This document shows positions 1 through 12,539 of a DNA stretch of 64,000 nucleotides, piece by piece (position 1 is the stretch's first letter; each line of letters opens with the position of its first letter). The stretch comes from Octopus sinensis. Lineage: Eukaryota. Location: NCBI RefSeq assembly GCF_006345805.1, contig NC_043024.1:7812001-7876000 (forward strand). The letters run 5' to 3'. The translations under genes and the position numbers were made by a program. The notes beneath the pieces are model-generated. The model had not been told where the DNA came from and did not search any database. It saw only the letters and a list, made by a program, of their open reading frames with translations.

Positions 1-216
1 TAGTTGAACAAATCGACCCCAGGACTTTGTAAGCCTAGTACTTATACTATTGATCTCTTTTTGCTGAACCACTAAGTTACGGGGATGTAAACACACCAAC
101 ATTGGTTGTCAAGCGATGGTGGGGGGGACACAGAAATACGTACATACATATATATATGTATATATGTGTATGTATATATATATATATGTATATATATGTA
201 TGTATATACATATATA

Positions 217-600
217 GGCGTAGGAGTGGCTGTGTGGTAATTAGCTTGCTGACCAACCACATGGTTCTGGGTTCAGTCCCACTGCGTGGCATCTTGGGCA
301 AGTGTCTTCTACTATAGACTCAGGCCGACCAAAGCCTTGTGAGTGGATTTGGTAGACGGAAACTGAAAGAAGCCCATCGTATGTATGTGTGTGTATATGT
401 TTGTGTGTCTGTGTTTGTCCCCCTAGCATTGCTTGACAACCGATGCTGGTGTGTTTACGTCGCCGTCACTTAGCGGTTCGGCAAAAGAGACCGATAAAAT
501 AAGTACTGGGCTTACAAAGAATAAGTCCCGGGGTCGATTTGTTCGACTAAAGGCGGTGCTCTAGCATGGCCGCAGTCAAATGACTGAAACAAGTAAAAGA
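217..600 (+). mobile_element. tRNA-derived SINE family A (CORE-like body), representative copy
   Basis: Head ggagtggctgtgtggta...gggttcagtccc with A/B-box-like motifs, ttgggcaagtgtctt core, internal (TA/TG)n. Further copies at ~620-780(-), 1250-1560(-), 12275-12445, 20555-20960, 22135-22480, 24010-24365(-), 25130-25380(-), 29630-30370(-), 33770-34140(-), 39660-40050(-), 41337-41710, 46045-46415, 46955-47480(-). Confidence 0.85.
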
Positions 601-854
601 GTAAAGAGTATATGTATACAACGGGCTTCTTTCAGTTTCCAACTACCAAATCCACTCACAAGGCTTTGGTCAGCCTAAGGCTATAGTAGAAGACACTTGC
701 CCAAGGTGCCATGCAGTGGGATTGAATCCAGAACAATGTGGTTGGGAAGCAAGCTTCTTACCACACAGCCACTCTTGCAACTATGTACATTTCTAAAAAA
801 AAATTTTTTTCATTTGAAGTTTATTTCAGTAAATTTTCACTTGAGGTAGTAGTA

Positions 855-904
<50 letters not shown>

Positions 905-2490
905 ATAAATAAATTTATAATGAATAGAAAAGTTATTTGAACATGGACTAGTGGCTGTGACAGACAATAAAATTACTGGAACTTATAAGACTTCCCCATT
1001 AAGACTGACCATGTTATTGAAGCAAGAAGACCAGATACAATTATAGGGGACAAAATAAACAATGTAATATCCATAGATTTTGCAGTTCCTTATAACAAAG
1101 TTCAAACCAAGGAAATCGATAAAAAAACTGAGAAATAGCAGGGTCTAGCCTTAGAGCTGAAGAGACTGGAATACTAAACAATTATTCCTATGGTAATTGG
1201 TGCACTTGGCACAACATCCAAAAAGTTACATAAGAGACTGAAATCGACCTCCAGGACTTATTCTTAGTAAGCCTAGTACTTATTCTATCGGTCTCTTTTG
1301 CCGAACCGCTAGATTACGGGGATGTAAACACACCACCATCGGTTGTCAAGCGATGTTGGGGGGACAAACACAGACACACAAACATACATATACATAAACA
1401 TATATACGACGGGCTTCTTTCAGTTCCCGTCCACCAAATCCACTCACAAGGCTTTGGTCGGCCTCAGGCTATAGTAGAAGACACTTGCCCAAGGTGCCAA
1501 TCAGTGGGACTGAACCTGGAACCATGTGATTCGTAAGCAAGGTACTTACCACACAGCCATTTGCAAAAAAAATAAAATCTGCGCTCGTGCCTACGTGCAT
1601 AACTACAGTTTGGGGCTCTGTTTATTTTATACATAAGTTCCTGAGAAATGCTTACTTCTTGATGGAATATTACAGAGAAACTTCTTTAAGTGTGTTGATT
1701 ACGAGTTTTGATAAAAATGAACGTTTTGGTTTCAGAAAAAAATGAATGTTTCTAACCATTCTTACCTGCCGACTTGGCTTCTGTCATTAAAACGCATACT
1801 TTTTAATAATATTTTACAGAATTACGTTTTTGAGAGCGAAGATTATATAATGGTGACGTTTCGGTTACAGAAAACTAAAGAAGAGAATGAAATATTTTAA
1901 AGTCTCGGAAAATGGTTCGGGGCTGGATGGAAGGACGATTCGAAACCCCTCTAAAAAATAAATAGGTTTCTTTTGAGGTTTTTGGGGGGGCTTTTTTTCT
2001 TCTAAATTTTATCAACAAATTTGTAATCTTCACCGTCGCAACTCGGAAAATAATCGGGGCTGGATGGAAGGACGATTCGAAACCCCTCTAAAGAAATAAA
2101 TGGATTTCTTTTGGGGTTTCTTCTAAATTTTATCAACAAAATTGTAATCTTCACCGTCGCAAAGATATCTTTGCAAAGTTTCATCTAAAATATGTATTTT
2201 TAGAAAATTATTAGGAAATTCATTTAAAAATATGGGCGATCCTTCGGTATAGGTACAGTAAGTGGCTTTGTTTACATTTCTGAAGATAACAGAAACCCTT
2301 TTTCTCCTAACCCTAACCCTAACACAAACCCTACCCCCCCCCCATATATATAAAAAAAATATTCTTGAAATGTATCCGATACTTCTGGTACCTATACCGA
2401 AGTTACGTCAAAATATGTAATTTTGGAAAATTATCAAACTTTAAACTATGATATTTAAAAAGTACCATTATTTACATTAAGAGTCAATCT

Positions 2491-2522
<32 letters not shown>

Positions 2523-3329
2523 CACATACATATATATATATACACATACATATATATATATACACATACATATATATATATATACACATACATATATATA
2601 TATATACACATACATATATATATATATACGAATTTCTACAGGTATTCCCCCAACACCCAAGCGATTTTGTTGCCTCATAACTTCTAGAAAAAAAGGATAT
2701 TTTTTAATGAAATTTTCTACAGATATGCTTCAGATGGTGTAGATTCTGACTATATCAAAATTTGTGAAAAATGTTGGATCTTTTCACTTTGACCGGCAGA
2801 TTTTTAAAATAATTTCTATGTAACTAAAAAATGTTAAACTTCGTATACTGGTAGAATGTGTTTATAAAAGGGATCTTTTCCTTTTGACGGCCAGATTTCA
2901 ACACAATTTCTAGTTAACTAAACACTTTTAGTGAACTAGAAATTGTGTTGAAATCTGGCCTTCAAAAGGAAAATATCCTATAAAAGATCTAAAAAGTTTT
3001 CCGATTGTAGGGTGAGGAGTTTTAAAAATTTCACACGAGTCGGTTTTGTTTCCTCATAACTTGGTTAAAAATAGGTAATTTTTTAATTAAATTTTCTGTA
3101 ATTACCTTTCAGAGTGTGTAGATTACTATTATATCGAATTTAATATGAAAAAATAATTTGGTGGGGGTCGTACACTCACATAGAGACACAGGCCACAAAA
3201 TGAAACTTGGAATTTCGAAAAAAATTGAGATGTATGTCAGTATGCATGTGTGCATATTCACTATTTTCCCTTTCTCTCCAGATTTCGATATAATCGTAAT
3301 TTGCACCGAGAGGGTATGGATGGAGTGGG

Positions 3330-4700
3330 GTTCAGAGTTCAAATTACTTACCTTCTTCCTTTTTCTTTCCGCCTACCACTTTCCATGCTTCTTCTGGTAG
3401 TTTCTCCTCCTCATTATCATTATCTCTGCAGGTTCCTCTGCTTTTTTTTTTAACTGTTCTTCCAATTTTTTCTCGGACGGTGAAGGGCAGTCCACTCTGA
3501 TGTGGCCCTTTAGACCACGTTTGTAGTATCTTGAGACACTGCCCTTCATCTTGACCCTCATCTCTGCTATCTTTTTTTCAAGGTTTCCGCTTATTCCTGC
3601 ACTGTCGTCTCGAGTGTCTTTCCCCTTTGGGCCCATGCAGCCATTTCATCTTTCATTATTATATAATATTCATACTCGAGTTCAAATTCCGCCGAGGTCG
3701 ACTTTGCCTTTCATCCTTTCGGGGTCGATAAATTAAGTACCAGTTGCGCACTGGGGTCGATGTAATCGACTTAATCCGTTTGTCTGTCCTTGTTTGTCCC
3801 CTCTGTGTTTAGCCCCTTGTGGGCAGTAAAGAAATAAGAATATTTAGCATGCCGGACGAAATGGTTAGCGGTATTTCCCCCGTCGCTTCGTTCTGAGTTC
3901 AAATTCCGCCGAGGTCGACTTTGCCTTTCATCCTGTCGAGGTCGATAAATTAAGTACCAGTTGCGCACTGGAGTCGATGTAATCGACTTAATCCGTTTGT
4001 CTGTCCTTGTTTGTCCCCTCTGTGTTCAACCCCTTGTGGGTAGTAAAGAAATATATATAATATTCATACTCATTCGTTTTATGTTTATATTGTCCCCACT
4101 GTGGTGTTGTGTCTGTCCTCGTAGTGTCCCCTCTGTGTTAATGGCCTCAGTGCCAAAATAAAGAAAGTGAGTGTCTTTCCCCTTCACATCTCGCATCTGA
4201 TTCCCGTGGCCTGGAGCACTCTATATCGTCCTCACTTCCTTTGGGGGCCGCCGCCACTACCCAGGCCACGTCTATTTCGAGTGGATTACCTTCAATTTTA
4301 ATCCTAATTGCCCTTCTGTCCATATAAGCCGACAACAACACCACTTCGTCCTTTATTGTCTTTGCGTTTTGTTCTTTTGCGAACCTCACCTCAACTGTAC
4401 CAAATTTCGTTCCTCTCCTTACAAAGACTATATCCTGCCACATGGGCCTTAGTGCTTTTTCCTATTTGGCTTATATTTTTATTTTCAATCCTGCCTGCTT
4501 TCGTTGAGAATATTTTGTATGTAATTTTCTTTCTGATACCTTCCAATATTTCCTTTGGGAGGAAACAACTCTACGTTGTACCCCTATCTACAGGTCAAAT
4601 TTTTAAAATAACTGATTCTCTTGATGTCAATCTCCTATTCCTTCTGTCTTATCACTTCGAAGTTTTTGGGGGTTTTTTTCAACTTTCTTAATTATTTCAT
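3330..4700 (-). mobile_element. Decayed non-LTR retrotransposon ORF1 (gag-like) remnant, split by two SINE-B copies (~3676-4050)
   Basis: ORF pieces MWQDIVFVRRGTKFGTVEVRF... and ...YYKRGLKGHIRVDCP (degenerate CCHC zinc knuckle). Confidence 0.5.
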
Positions 4701-4837
4701 CCATTTTTCCGACTGCTCTAAGCAGTTCTTCTGACAATGATAGTTCAGACCTACTAAGGTCTGAAAAAAAAAACATGGACTTCTTTTTCTCCATAGCTAA
4801 TTCTCCTCAAAAGAGGAGATAAAGCAAAAATTGCTGA

Positions 4838-5393
4838 TCTTTTCGATTTGAACGGCAGTTTTTTCTAGCGGTGTCATATGAAATTGTCACCCATAATTAT
4901 GACCCTAGTATCGATCTATTATGACCCTAGTATCAATCTATTTTAGGGTTAGGGTGGGGGTGGAGGTATCTTTTTTTCTTCAGAATTGTAAATAAACCCA
5001 ATCTGTTTCTTAAACGAGGGACATATTCATACGGCACAGAATGTTTTCACCTCCAATAGACGTCAGTGATTGGTTGAAATTGCAGAAATTGAAGAAAAAA
5101 AACAACAAATATCTTACAAACTATAGAATTTTTTCAATAAAGCCAAGAGAAAAAGATGTTTTATAAACACATTCTACCAGTATACGAAGTTTAAAAGTGT
5201 TTAGTTACGTGGAAATTGTTTTAAAAAACTGTCGTTCAAACCGAAAAGATCCGAAAAATGATACCCTTCCCCCACCTCTAACCCTAACCCTAAAACAGAT
5301 TGAAATGCAATAGATCGATACTAGGGTCATAATTATGGGTGACAATTTCATATGACACCGCTAGAAAAAACTGCCGTTCAAACCGAAAGGATC
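4838..5393. mobile_element. MITE-like element family with TIR GGATCTTTTCGGTTTGAACGGCAG and internal (TAACCC)n
   Basis: Inverted termini gatcttttcgatttgaacggcag / ctgtcgttcaaaccgaaaagatcc. Other copies at 22689-23125, 24955-25100, 45016-45449, 45540-45730. Confidence 0.7.
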
Positions 5394-5664
5394 CAATAAT
5401 AATTTTAATTTACAAAAAAGAAAGGTGCAATAATCATTCTTGTATTACTGTAATTATTATTTCAATTTGGCTGCGAATTGACAGTCACTGGAGAGTCAAA
5501 CAGAATGCCTTTCATATTTGTATAAACTCTGTGTTCTGAGTTCAAACCCCGCCAAGGTCAACTTTGCCTTTTATCCTTTCGGGGTTCAGTAAAAACCAAC
5601 CAATTCAAGGAATTACTGTTATGCTCTTATTGCGACTATTCAAAAGCCTTATGGTATTCTTTGT

Positions 5665-5860
5665 TCGGAAGGCGGCGAGCTGGCGGAACCGTTAGCACGG
5701 CGGGCGAAATGCGTAGCCGTATTTCATCTGCTGATACGTTCTGAGTTCAAATTCCGCCGAGGTCGACTTTGCCTTTCATCCTTTCAGGGTCGATAAATTA
5801 AGTACCAGTTACGCACTGGGGTCGATGTAATCGACATAATCCCTTTGTGGGTAATAAAGA
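5665..5860 (+). mobile_element. SINE family B (Deu/Nin-domain-like core), representative copy
   Basis: aggcggcgagctggc head and the conserved core gtcgactttgcctttcatcctttcggggtcgataaattaagtacc. Other copies at ~5885-6300, 11250-11785, 14740-15180, 28078-28380, 37040-37580(-), 37660-37840, 42430-43030. Confidence 0.8.
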
Positions 5861-6845
5861 AAAATATGGTATTCTTTGTTCGCATTAAGGCGGCGACCTG
5901 GCCGAGTCGTTCACGCGTCGGACAAAATGTTTAGTGGAACTTCTGTTGGGTTCCTGTGTTTTGCGTTCAAATCCCGCCGAGGCCAACTTTGCCGTTCATC
6001 CTTTCGGGGTCGATTACATAAAATGTCAGTCACAGACTGGGGATAACGTAATCGACTAACCTCTTCCTCTTAAAATCACTAGACTTGTGCCAAAATTTAA
6101 AGCCATTATCATTAAGGCGGAAAGCGAGCAAAATGGTTGGCGTGTCAAAGTGCTTGGCAGTATTTCATACGACCCATTACGTTCTGAGATCAGCTTTACC
6201 TTCGTCCTTTACGAGTCGATAAAATGAAATAGCAGTCAAGGACTTCAGTCGATTACATCGACTAACTAAAATTACGGGCCTTGTACCAAAATTTGAAACA
6301 ACTGTCTGTTTGAACGCAAAATTTACCAGCGTGACAGACTGGGCCGGATTAAGACCTAGACAGGCCCTAAGCACTTGAGAAATTTTGGTGCCCCCTTATA
6401 TATATTTAATTCAAAATATAAACAATACCATAAAATAAATTCATATTTTTTTCAAAATGAAATAGAACTAACAGTAAGATGGAAAATAATATTTTTATAT
6501 GCGACCAAGTTTATTTATATTTCAAAAGTTTTCTCTGCCTTTTTTAATAGCAAAGTCCTTGGTCAGATCCTCACTACGGTACCATGAACACTTCGAAATT
6601 ATATTTCCAATCATATAAACCATTTTGAATATTATTTTAGTAAATTTAAAGTGATTTCTTTTGAGCCACACATCGTTTACCATTTCTGTAATGCTCTACT
6701 TCCTATGGTGCCCTAAGCACGTTCTTATTTTGCTTTATGGTAAATCCATAAATTTTGGGAATGATCGAAATTAATTGCAAAATCTAGCGATTATTTTCGG
6801 CGATTTTTTTAAGTGATTTTTTTTTTTTTTGATGAATATGATAAT

Positions 6846-7089
6846 AATATGAGGTATACTTGCCATCTCAATATGGCTAACCACTAAGAGTGGGTATTAC
6901 TGTAGCTTGTAGCCCCAGGAGAACGTCGTCTCCAGCTGGCTTTAAGCACACTTTCTGTGCTCTTAAAAAAAATGGCATAGAAAGTGTGCCTAAAGCCAGC
7001 TAGAGACGATGTTCTCCTGGGGCTACAAGCTACAGTAACACCCACCCTTAGTGGTTAGCCATATTGAGATGGCAAGTATACCTCATATT
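6846..7089. repeat. Long inverted repeat (foldback), ~115-bp arms, 14-nt loop
   Basis: 6846-6960 is the reverse complement of 6975-7089 with ~6 mismatches. Confidence 0.9.
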
Positions 7090-7134
7090 GTCGTGCAGTT
7101 ACTGTTTATACCTCATTCAGAGATTTATTATTGC

Positions 7135-7172
<38 letters not shown>

Positions 7173-8680
7173 TAATAATAATAATAATAATAATTCGTTC
7201 GTTTATTGGCCACAAGGGCAAACAAAAATCAATTAAAACATAAAGGGACAAAACACAGGACGAAAGTTACAAAGGGTTTTGTCCGTTTGAAAAAGGTCCG
7301 TGTACAAAAGCAGGATGACAACGAAAAATAAGTAACAATTAAAACTCCCAATAGGGGGAGGCGCTTCGAAAGGTTACTCGTGGAAAAACCCTTAAAAGCC
7401 ACGGGAGCCTGGTCAAAGCGGGGTAGAGAGCCCCTTTCTCCTTTTATATTTCCTTTTTATTATATACAGAGCTCAGGTGCACCACAACTTGTCAGAAAGT
7501 GCATATAAAGTACATGCAGTAATGTAGAAATGTCTGGAAAGCGAACAATGTATGAGTCAGATACATGCTTGCGTGTGCATGGAGGGGAGAAAATCAGGTG
7601 TAGTGTTGGTGAATCTCAGGAAGCATGGAAGTTTTAGAGGATGCAGTGCTCCGACAACTAACAACTGATGCTGGCAGTTTGTTCCATTCTTCAGCAACTC
7701 TTAGCATGAAAAAATGTTTCCGACAGTCATGGGAGCTGTGCTGTTTTCTGACTTTATAAATATGTCCTCGGGTGTTTGACAGGTGGAGTTTGAAAAGGTG
7801 CTCAGAGTTATTATTTGTAAGATGGTTAATCATTTTATGGGTGTCTGCCAAATCAGCTGCCAGACGTCGGAGTTTCAATGTGTCCATGCACAGGGAAGTA
7901 AGGCGTTCAGGATATGGCAAATGCCTGATGGAAGGTATTCTCTTGGTTGCACGTTGCTGAACAGTTTCCAGACGATTAATATTCTGGGCAAGATAGGGGT
8001 TCCAGACCGGTGATACACATTCCATGTCAGGCCGCACCATCGCTATATAAAGCCTCGGATAGATAGCCGGAGAGCGGCTCACAAAGGACTTGGTGAGTGA
8101 TGCCAAGACATACTCAGCCTTCTTGGCAATTTTAGCGATGTGTTTTGTCCAACGCAAATCGCTGTCGACAATAATGCCCAGGTCACGTTCACAAGAAGAC
8201 TTTTTGAGATTAGTGTTGTGGAGGGAGTAAGTAGACGCTGAGTTCTTCCTCCCAAAATGCATGGTGGTACATTTGTCCACAGCCAGTTTGAGTTGCCAGA
8301 GCCATGCTCCACTGCTGCATTGTATCCAGGTCTAATTGCAATAAAGATCTATAGTGTACAGTAGAGGTTCCCAAACTATGAGTCGCGACCCACAGATGGG
8401 TCGCGAACGGAATCTTAGTGGGTCGCAAAAAGTTATAAAATTACGCATTAGCTTTGATTAACTGCTGTCTATCAAGATAGTTCAGTAGAGTTAAGTGGGT
8501 CGTCATAAACTGGTGTGATAAATAGTGGGTCGCGACTCTAAAACGTTTGGGAACCACTGGTGTACAGGATCTGTCCGCTTTATTTCGAGGTACAGCTTGA
8601 TGTCATCTGCATATTTCAGCACTGTGGCATTCTTTAAGTTTGGCATCTATGTCATTAACATATGCAACAATAATCATTAT
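7135..8680 (-). mobile_element. 5'-truncated CR1-clade LINE (RT C-terminus, 3'UTR, (ATT)n tail)
   Basis: VLKYADDIK at ~8600; ORF 7594..8280 carries CERDLGIIVD, VRPxxExxSPVWNP, TRGH and FFxLRVxxxWNKLP motifs; 3'UTR ends in AATAAA plus (ATT)n at 7135-7193. Confidence 0.9.
8362..8559. mobile_element. hAT-type MITE inserted in the CR1 RT
   Basis: TIRs TAGAGGTTCCCAAAC / CAGTGGTTCCCAAAC and a perfect 8-bp TSD GTGTACAG (8354-8361, 8560-8567). Confidence 0.9.
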
Positions 8681-8826
8681 TGGGATATGACTCAGGAGGA
8701 AGTAATTGCTAGAAATTCTCCAAGACAAGTCTGAGATCTGTTTGCAGATCTTCCCATTCGGGGTCACTTGCTTAAAAGCTATATACTAGCTTAAAAGCGG
8801 CTTTTAAGCTAGTATATATATATGTG

Positions 8827-8987
<161 letters not shown>

Positions 8988-9595
8988 AATTTCTGCTGCT
9001 TTTAAATAAAGCATATTACTCTACCCCTGGTATTTGAGTACTCTTTTTTCCACCTTGTTTCACATTTATGTGTTTACTCCGGTATATATATATATATATA
9101 AATATATACATATATATATAATTGTATTTTATATTTCTATTTCCTTGTCTAATTATATTTACAATATATTTTGTATAATGTCTTTGCTGTTATGTAATGG
9201 TGTAATAAAGTATTGATTGGGTATTATCTGATGGTTGATGTTTGATTGATTTAAGTATGTTTCTCCATTTTCTAATTTTGTACATATATATATATATATA
9301 TATAAAGAATTCGAATACCACATGCGTTTAACTCCATTTATTTATTTATAAATTATACAAAATATTTCACGTAAACCCGGAGTTTCTACTTTTAAAAGGA
9401 GTTACACCCTTTTTACTTGTGTAATTTTTTGCTACCCTGATAACTATTTATCTATTGTTTTTTCCATGTTAATTGTTAACAAGGGGGAAATACACACATC
9501 AATATATATATATATATATATATCCTCTATAAATTCCTCTATTTACATAATATCGAGGTCTCTTTCTTCTTTTTTTATCTTACCATATATATATA

Positions 9596-9636
<41 letters not shown>

Positions 9637-9641
<5 letters not shown>

Positions 9642-10016
9642 ATATAAACGGCAGTTTGTCTGTGCGTGTTTCTGTGTGTCTGTTTGCTTGTACCCTCACC
9701 CTGACCACGGCTTTCAACCGATTCTGATGAAACTTGACACACACATAGCCCAATGTCATAATTCAAAACTAACGTAGCGAAAATTTTGAAAAGTTCCCCC
9801 AGTTCTGAAAAAAAATCGATAAATTCGACATGGGGTCGAGAATCAGAAACACAAACCGCAAACTGTCTAGGGGACGCAACTCCACCTTTTTTCACTCTCA
9901 AAAAAATTTACCATCATTTTTTTCCATTTTTTTGCTATTTTTTGGCTATAACTCTCTAAAAATGCTTTATAGTTATTTCCCTTACAAACCTGAGCAACGC
10001 CGGGCGATACTGCTAG
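9637..10016 (+). mobile_element. Non-autonomous Helitron-like element
   Basis: 5' TC..tatataaacggc; 3' GC-rich motif gagcaacgccgggcgatactg followed by CTAG|T. Other copies at 21155-21667(-), ~31460-31855, ~34359-34741, ~38941-39303. Confidence 0.75.
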
Positions 10017-10170
10017 TATATATATATATTGGTAAAAACGGTAAGATAACAAAAGAAAGAAAGAGACCTCGATATTATGGAAATAGAGGAAATTTATCTG
10101 TAAAATAATATGTGACAATTATTCAATAGTTTTATCTTGGCTATTGAATGATTGTCACATATTATTTTAC

Positions 10171-10239
<69 letters not shown>

Positions 10240-10305
10240 GGTCCCGGGTTGAGTCGGGGTTAACCACAGTAAATAAGGTACTCAATACATAGCAGAGTAA
10301 ATAAA

Positions 10306-10409
10306 TTTATTTTATAGAAGGAGCTTCTACAGGACTAGAACTGTTTCATTCAAAAATCTTTTTGAATGAAACAGTTCTAGTCCTGTAGAAGCTCCTTCTA
10401 TAAAATAAA
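10306..10409. repeat. Near-perfect 104-bp palindrome (51-bp arms, 2-nt loop)
   Basis: tttattttatagaaggagcttctacagg...caaaaa-tc-tttttg...cctgtagaagctccttctataaaataaa. Confidence 0.9.
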
Positions 10410-11210
10410 ATATATATATATATATATACATACATGTATGTATAAATATGATGCTGAAGATTCGGAGTCCGTTTTGGAAACGGAGAATCTTCCGGAGGCA
10501 TGAATAATGCTTTTATTTAGCGTAATGTTCTGGTGAAATTGCGAGCTTTTTCCAGACGATGATCTTTTGTCTTGGAATGACGTCTTCGAACTAAGGTTAA
10601 AGAAATCTGGATTTGTTTTTTTCTTTCATTTTGTTTTGCATCCGATGCCACCAAACCACGTGGAGACGGACAGAATTCTTATTCCACAGATTTAAATTCA
10701 TAGAATGGCTTCTGTCGGCGTTTAGCCTTTCTAAGAACGTTTTACTGGCAGGATCAATGAGTCCTACATTTGGGTGAGATTTTAATATTTTCTTTTCTCT
10801 TTTGTTCTTTCTTTTTGCTTTCCTCTGTGATACCCCGATGTGATGAAGGCTGGATTTGGGGTGTGAAGCCCTAGAAAGGTCTGTGATGTTTTGGGGGCGA
10901 TTTCTTTGCGCATGCTGCACCTGGTATTTTACAGGAATCTTTGTAATGCTTTAATGCAAAACGTTATTGTAAGTGTCTCTGAATAATCTCGTTTAAGTTC
11001 CTTGTTTTGTCTGCAAAATATCAATGATTTTAGGATATTTTTGGTGATGGAGGGGAATTTGTGCTATTTCTATAATCTGAAATTAGTTTCTAAAACGTTA
11101 TTTCTGCTGTTAAGTTCTAAATTCTTTAGTGAGTTCTTTGTTTCGAGATTTAAATCTTTACTTTTTCTGTGGTTCCGTTATATCTGTTCTGGTGAAAGTA
11201 CGTCCTCCAT
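10410..11210 (-). mobile_element. Possible decayed Penelope-like element remnant next to the palindrome
   Basis: Fragmented frames weakly resembling a GIY-YIG end (HHIGVS..., RLEKARNFTRTL). Weak, unverified. Confidence 0.3.
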
Positions 11211-12539
11211 TACCTACGTTTTATTTCAATTTCCGTATTTCGTCCGTCTTAACGTTCTGAGTTCAAATTCCGCCGAGGTCGACTTTGCCTTTCATCCTTT
11301 CGGGGTCGATAAATTAAGTACCAGTTTCGCACTGGGGCCGACGTAATTGACTTAATCCCTTTGTCTGTCCTTGTTTGTCCCCTCTATGTTTAGCCCCTTG
11401 TGGGTAGTAAAGAAATAGGTATTTCGTCTGCCGTTACGTTCTGAGTTCAAATTCCGCCGAGGTCAACTTTGCCTTTCATCCTTTCGGGGTCGATAAATTA
11501 AGTACCAGTTTCGCACTGGGGCCGATGTAATCGACTTAATCCCTTTGTCTGTCCTTGTTTGTCCCCTCTATGTTTAGCCCCTTGTGGGTAGTAAAGAAAT
11601 AGGTATTTCGTCTGCCGTTACGTTCTGAGTTCAAATTCCGCCGAGGTCGACTTTGCCTTTCATCCTTTCGGGGTCGATAAATTAAGTACCAGTTTCGCAC
11701 TGGGGCCGATGTAATCGACTTAATCCCTTTGTCTGTCCTTGTTTGTCCCCTCTATGTTTAGCCCCTTGTGGGCAATAAAGAAATGTGTGTGTGTCGAAAC
11801 TACACATAACATACAGTGTTACTCACCGAGCAGATCATGTCTATTTTGATAATAGTTATTATTATTATTATCTGGTTTCCTACGTGCAATGCTGATCGCC
11901 CTATTCCATTGATTTACATTTGTTATTGAATAGTTTCATTTATTAAATGCTCTCGTTTTAATAGCAAACATTTTAACAGAAGACACAGTACCTAATCGTA
12001 TATTAACAAAAGCGATCGTGACTAAAAACAAAATCCAATCTGAACCAACGAAGGAAAAGTATTTCGTGGTCGCCTGACCTACAAGAAATGCAATGAGGTA
12101 GCCTGGGGTGTACAGACAGCACAGGGCGGCCATTTTATATACGTATCTTTGCCATAGTTGAGAGAGTATGATACATTTAAGGAAGGCTTATGGCCAATCC
12201 GGTTACTGCACAAACATTATGTTTTACGCTACTGAAAAAAAAAATGTCGATAAATCTCTCTCAAATTACAACCTATGCCTGGTGTGGCTATGTGGTAAGA
12301 AGCTTGCCTCCCAACCACTTAGTTCCAAGCTCAGTCCCGCTGTGTGACACCTTGGGCAAGTGGGTTTTTTTTTTTTTTCTATTGCCCGGGCCGACCAGTC
12401 TTGTGAATGGATTTGGTAGACGGAAACTGAAAGAAACCTGCCGTGTGTTTATTTCTGTGGGCGATGTGAAAACTGGGGATTGACGAATGGTTAATAAGGG
12501 CTGTACAGGCCCTATACAGAGATGCTGTCAGTAGGGTTA

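Noticed and set aside
217-290. tRNA genes at SINE heads
   Set aside because: Only A/B-box-like remnants fused to SINE bodies; no complete cloverleaf.
2305-2335. (TAACCC)n as an interstitial telomere or fusion site
   Set aside because: There are only 2-4 units, recurring as an internal part of a MITE family at several loci.
7594-8280. 228-aa ORF as a host gene
   Set aside because: It is the RT C-terminus of a truncated, MITE-interrupted CR1 LINE.
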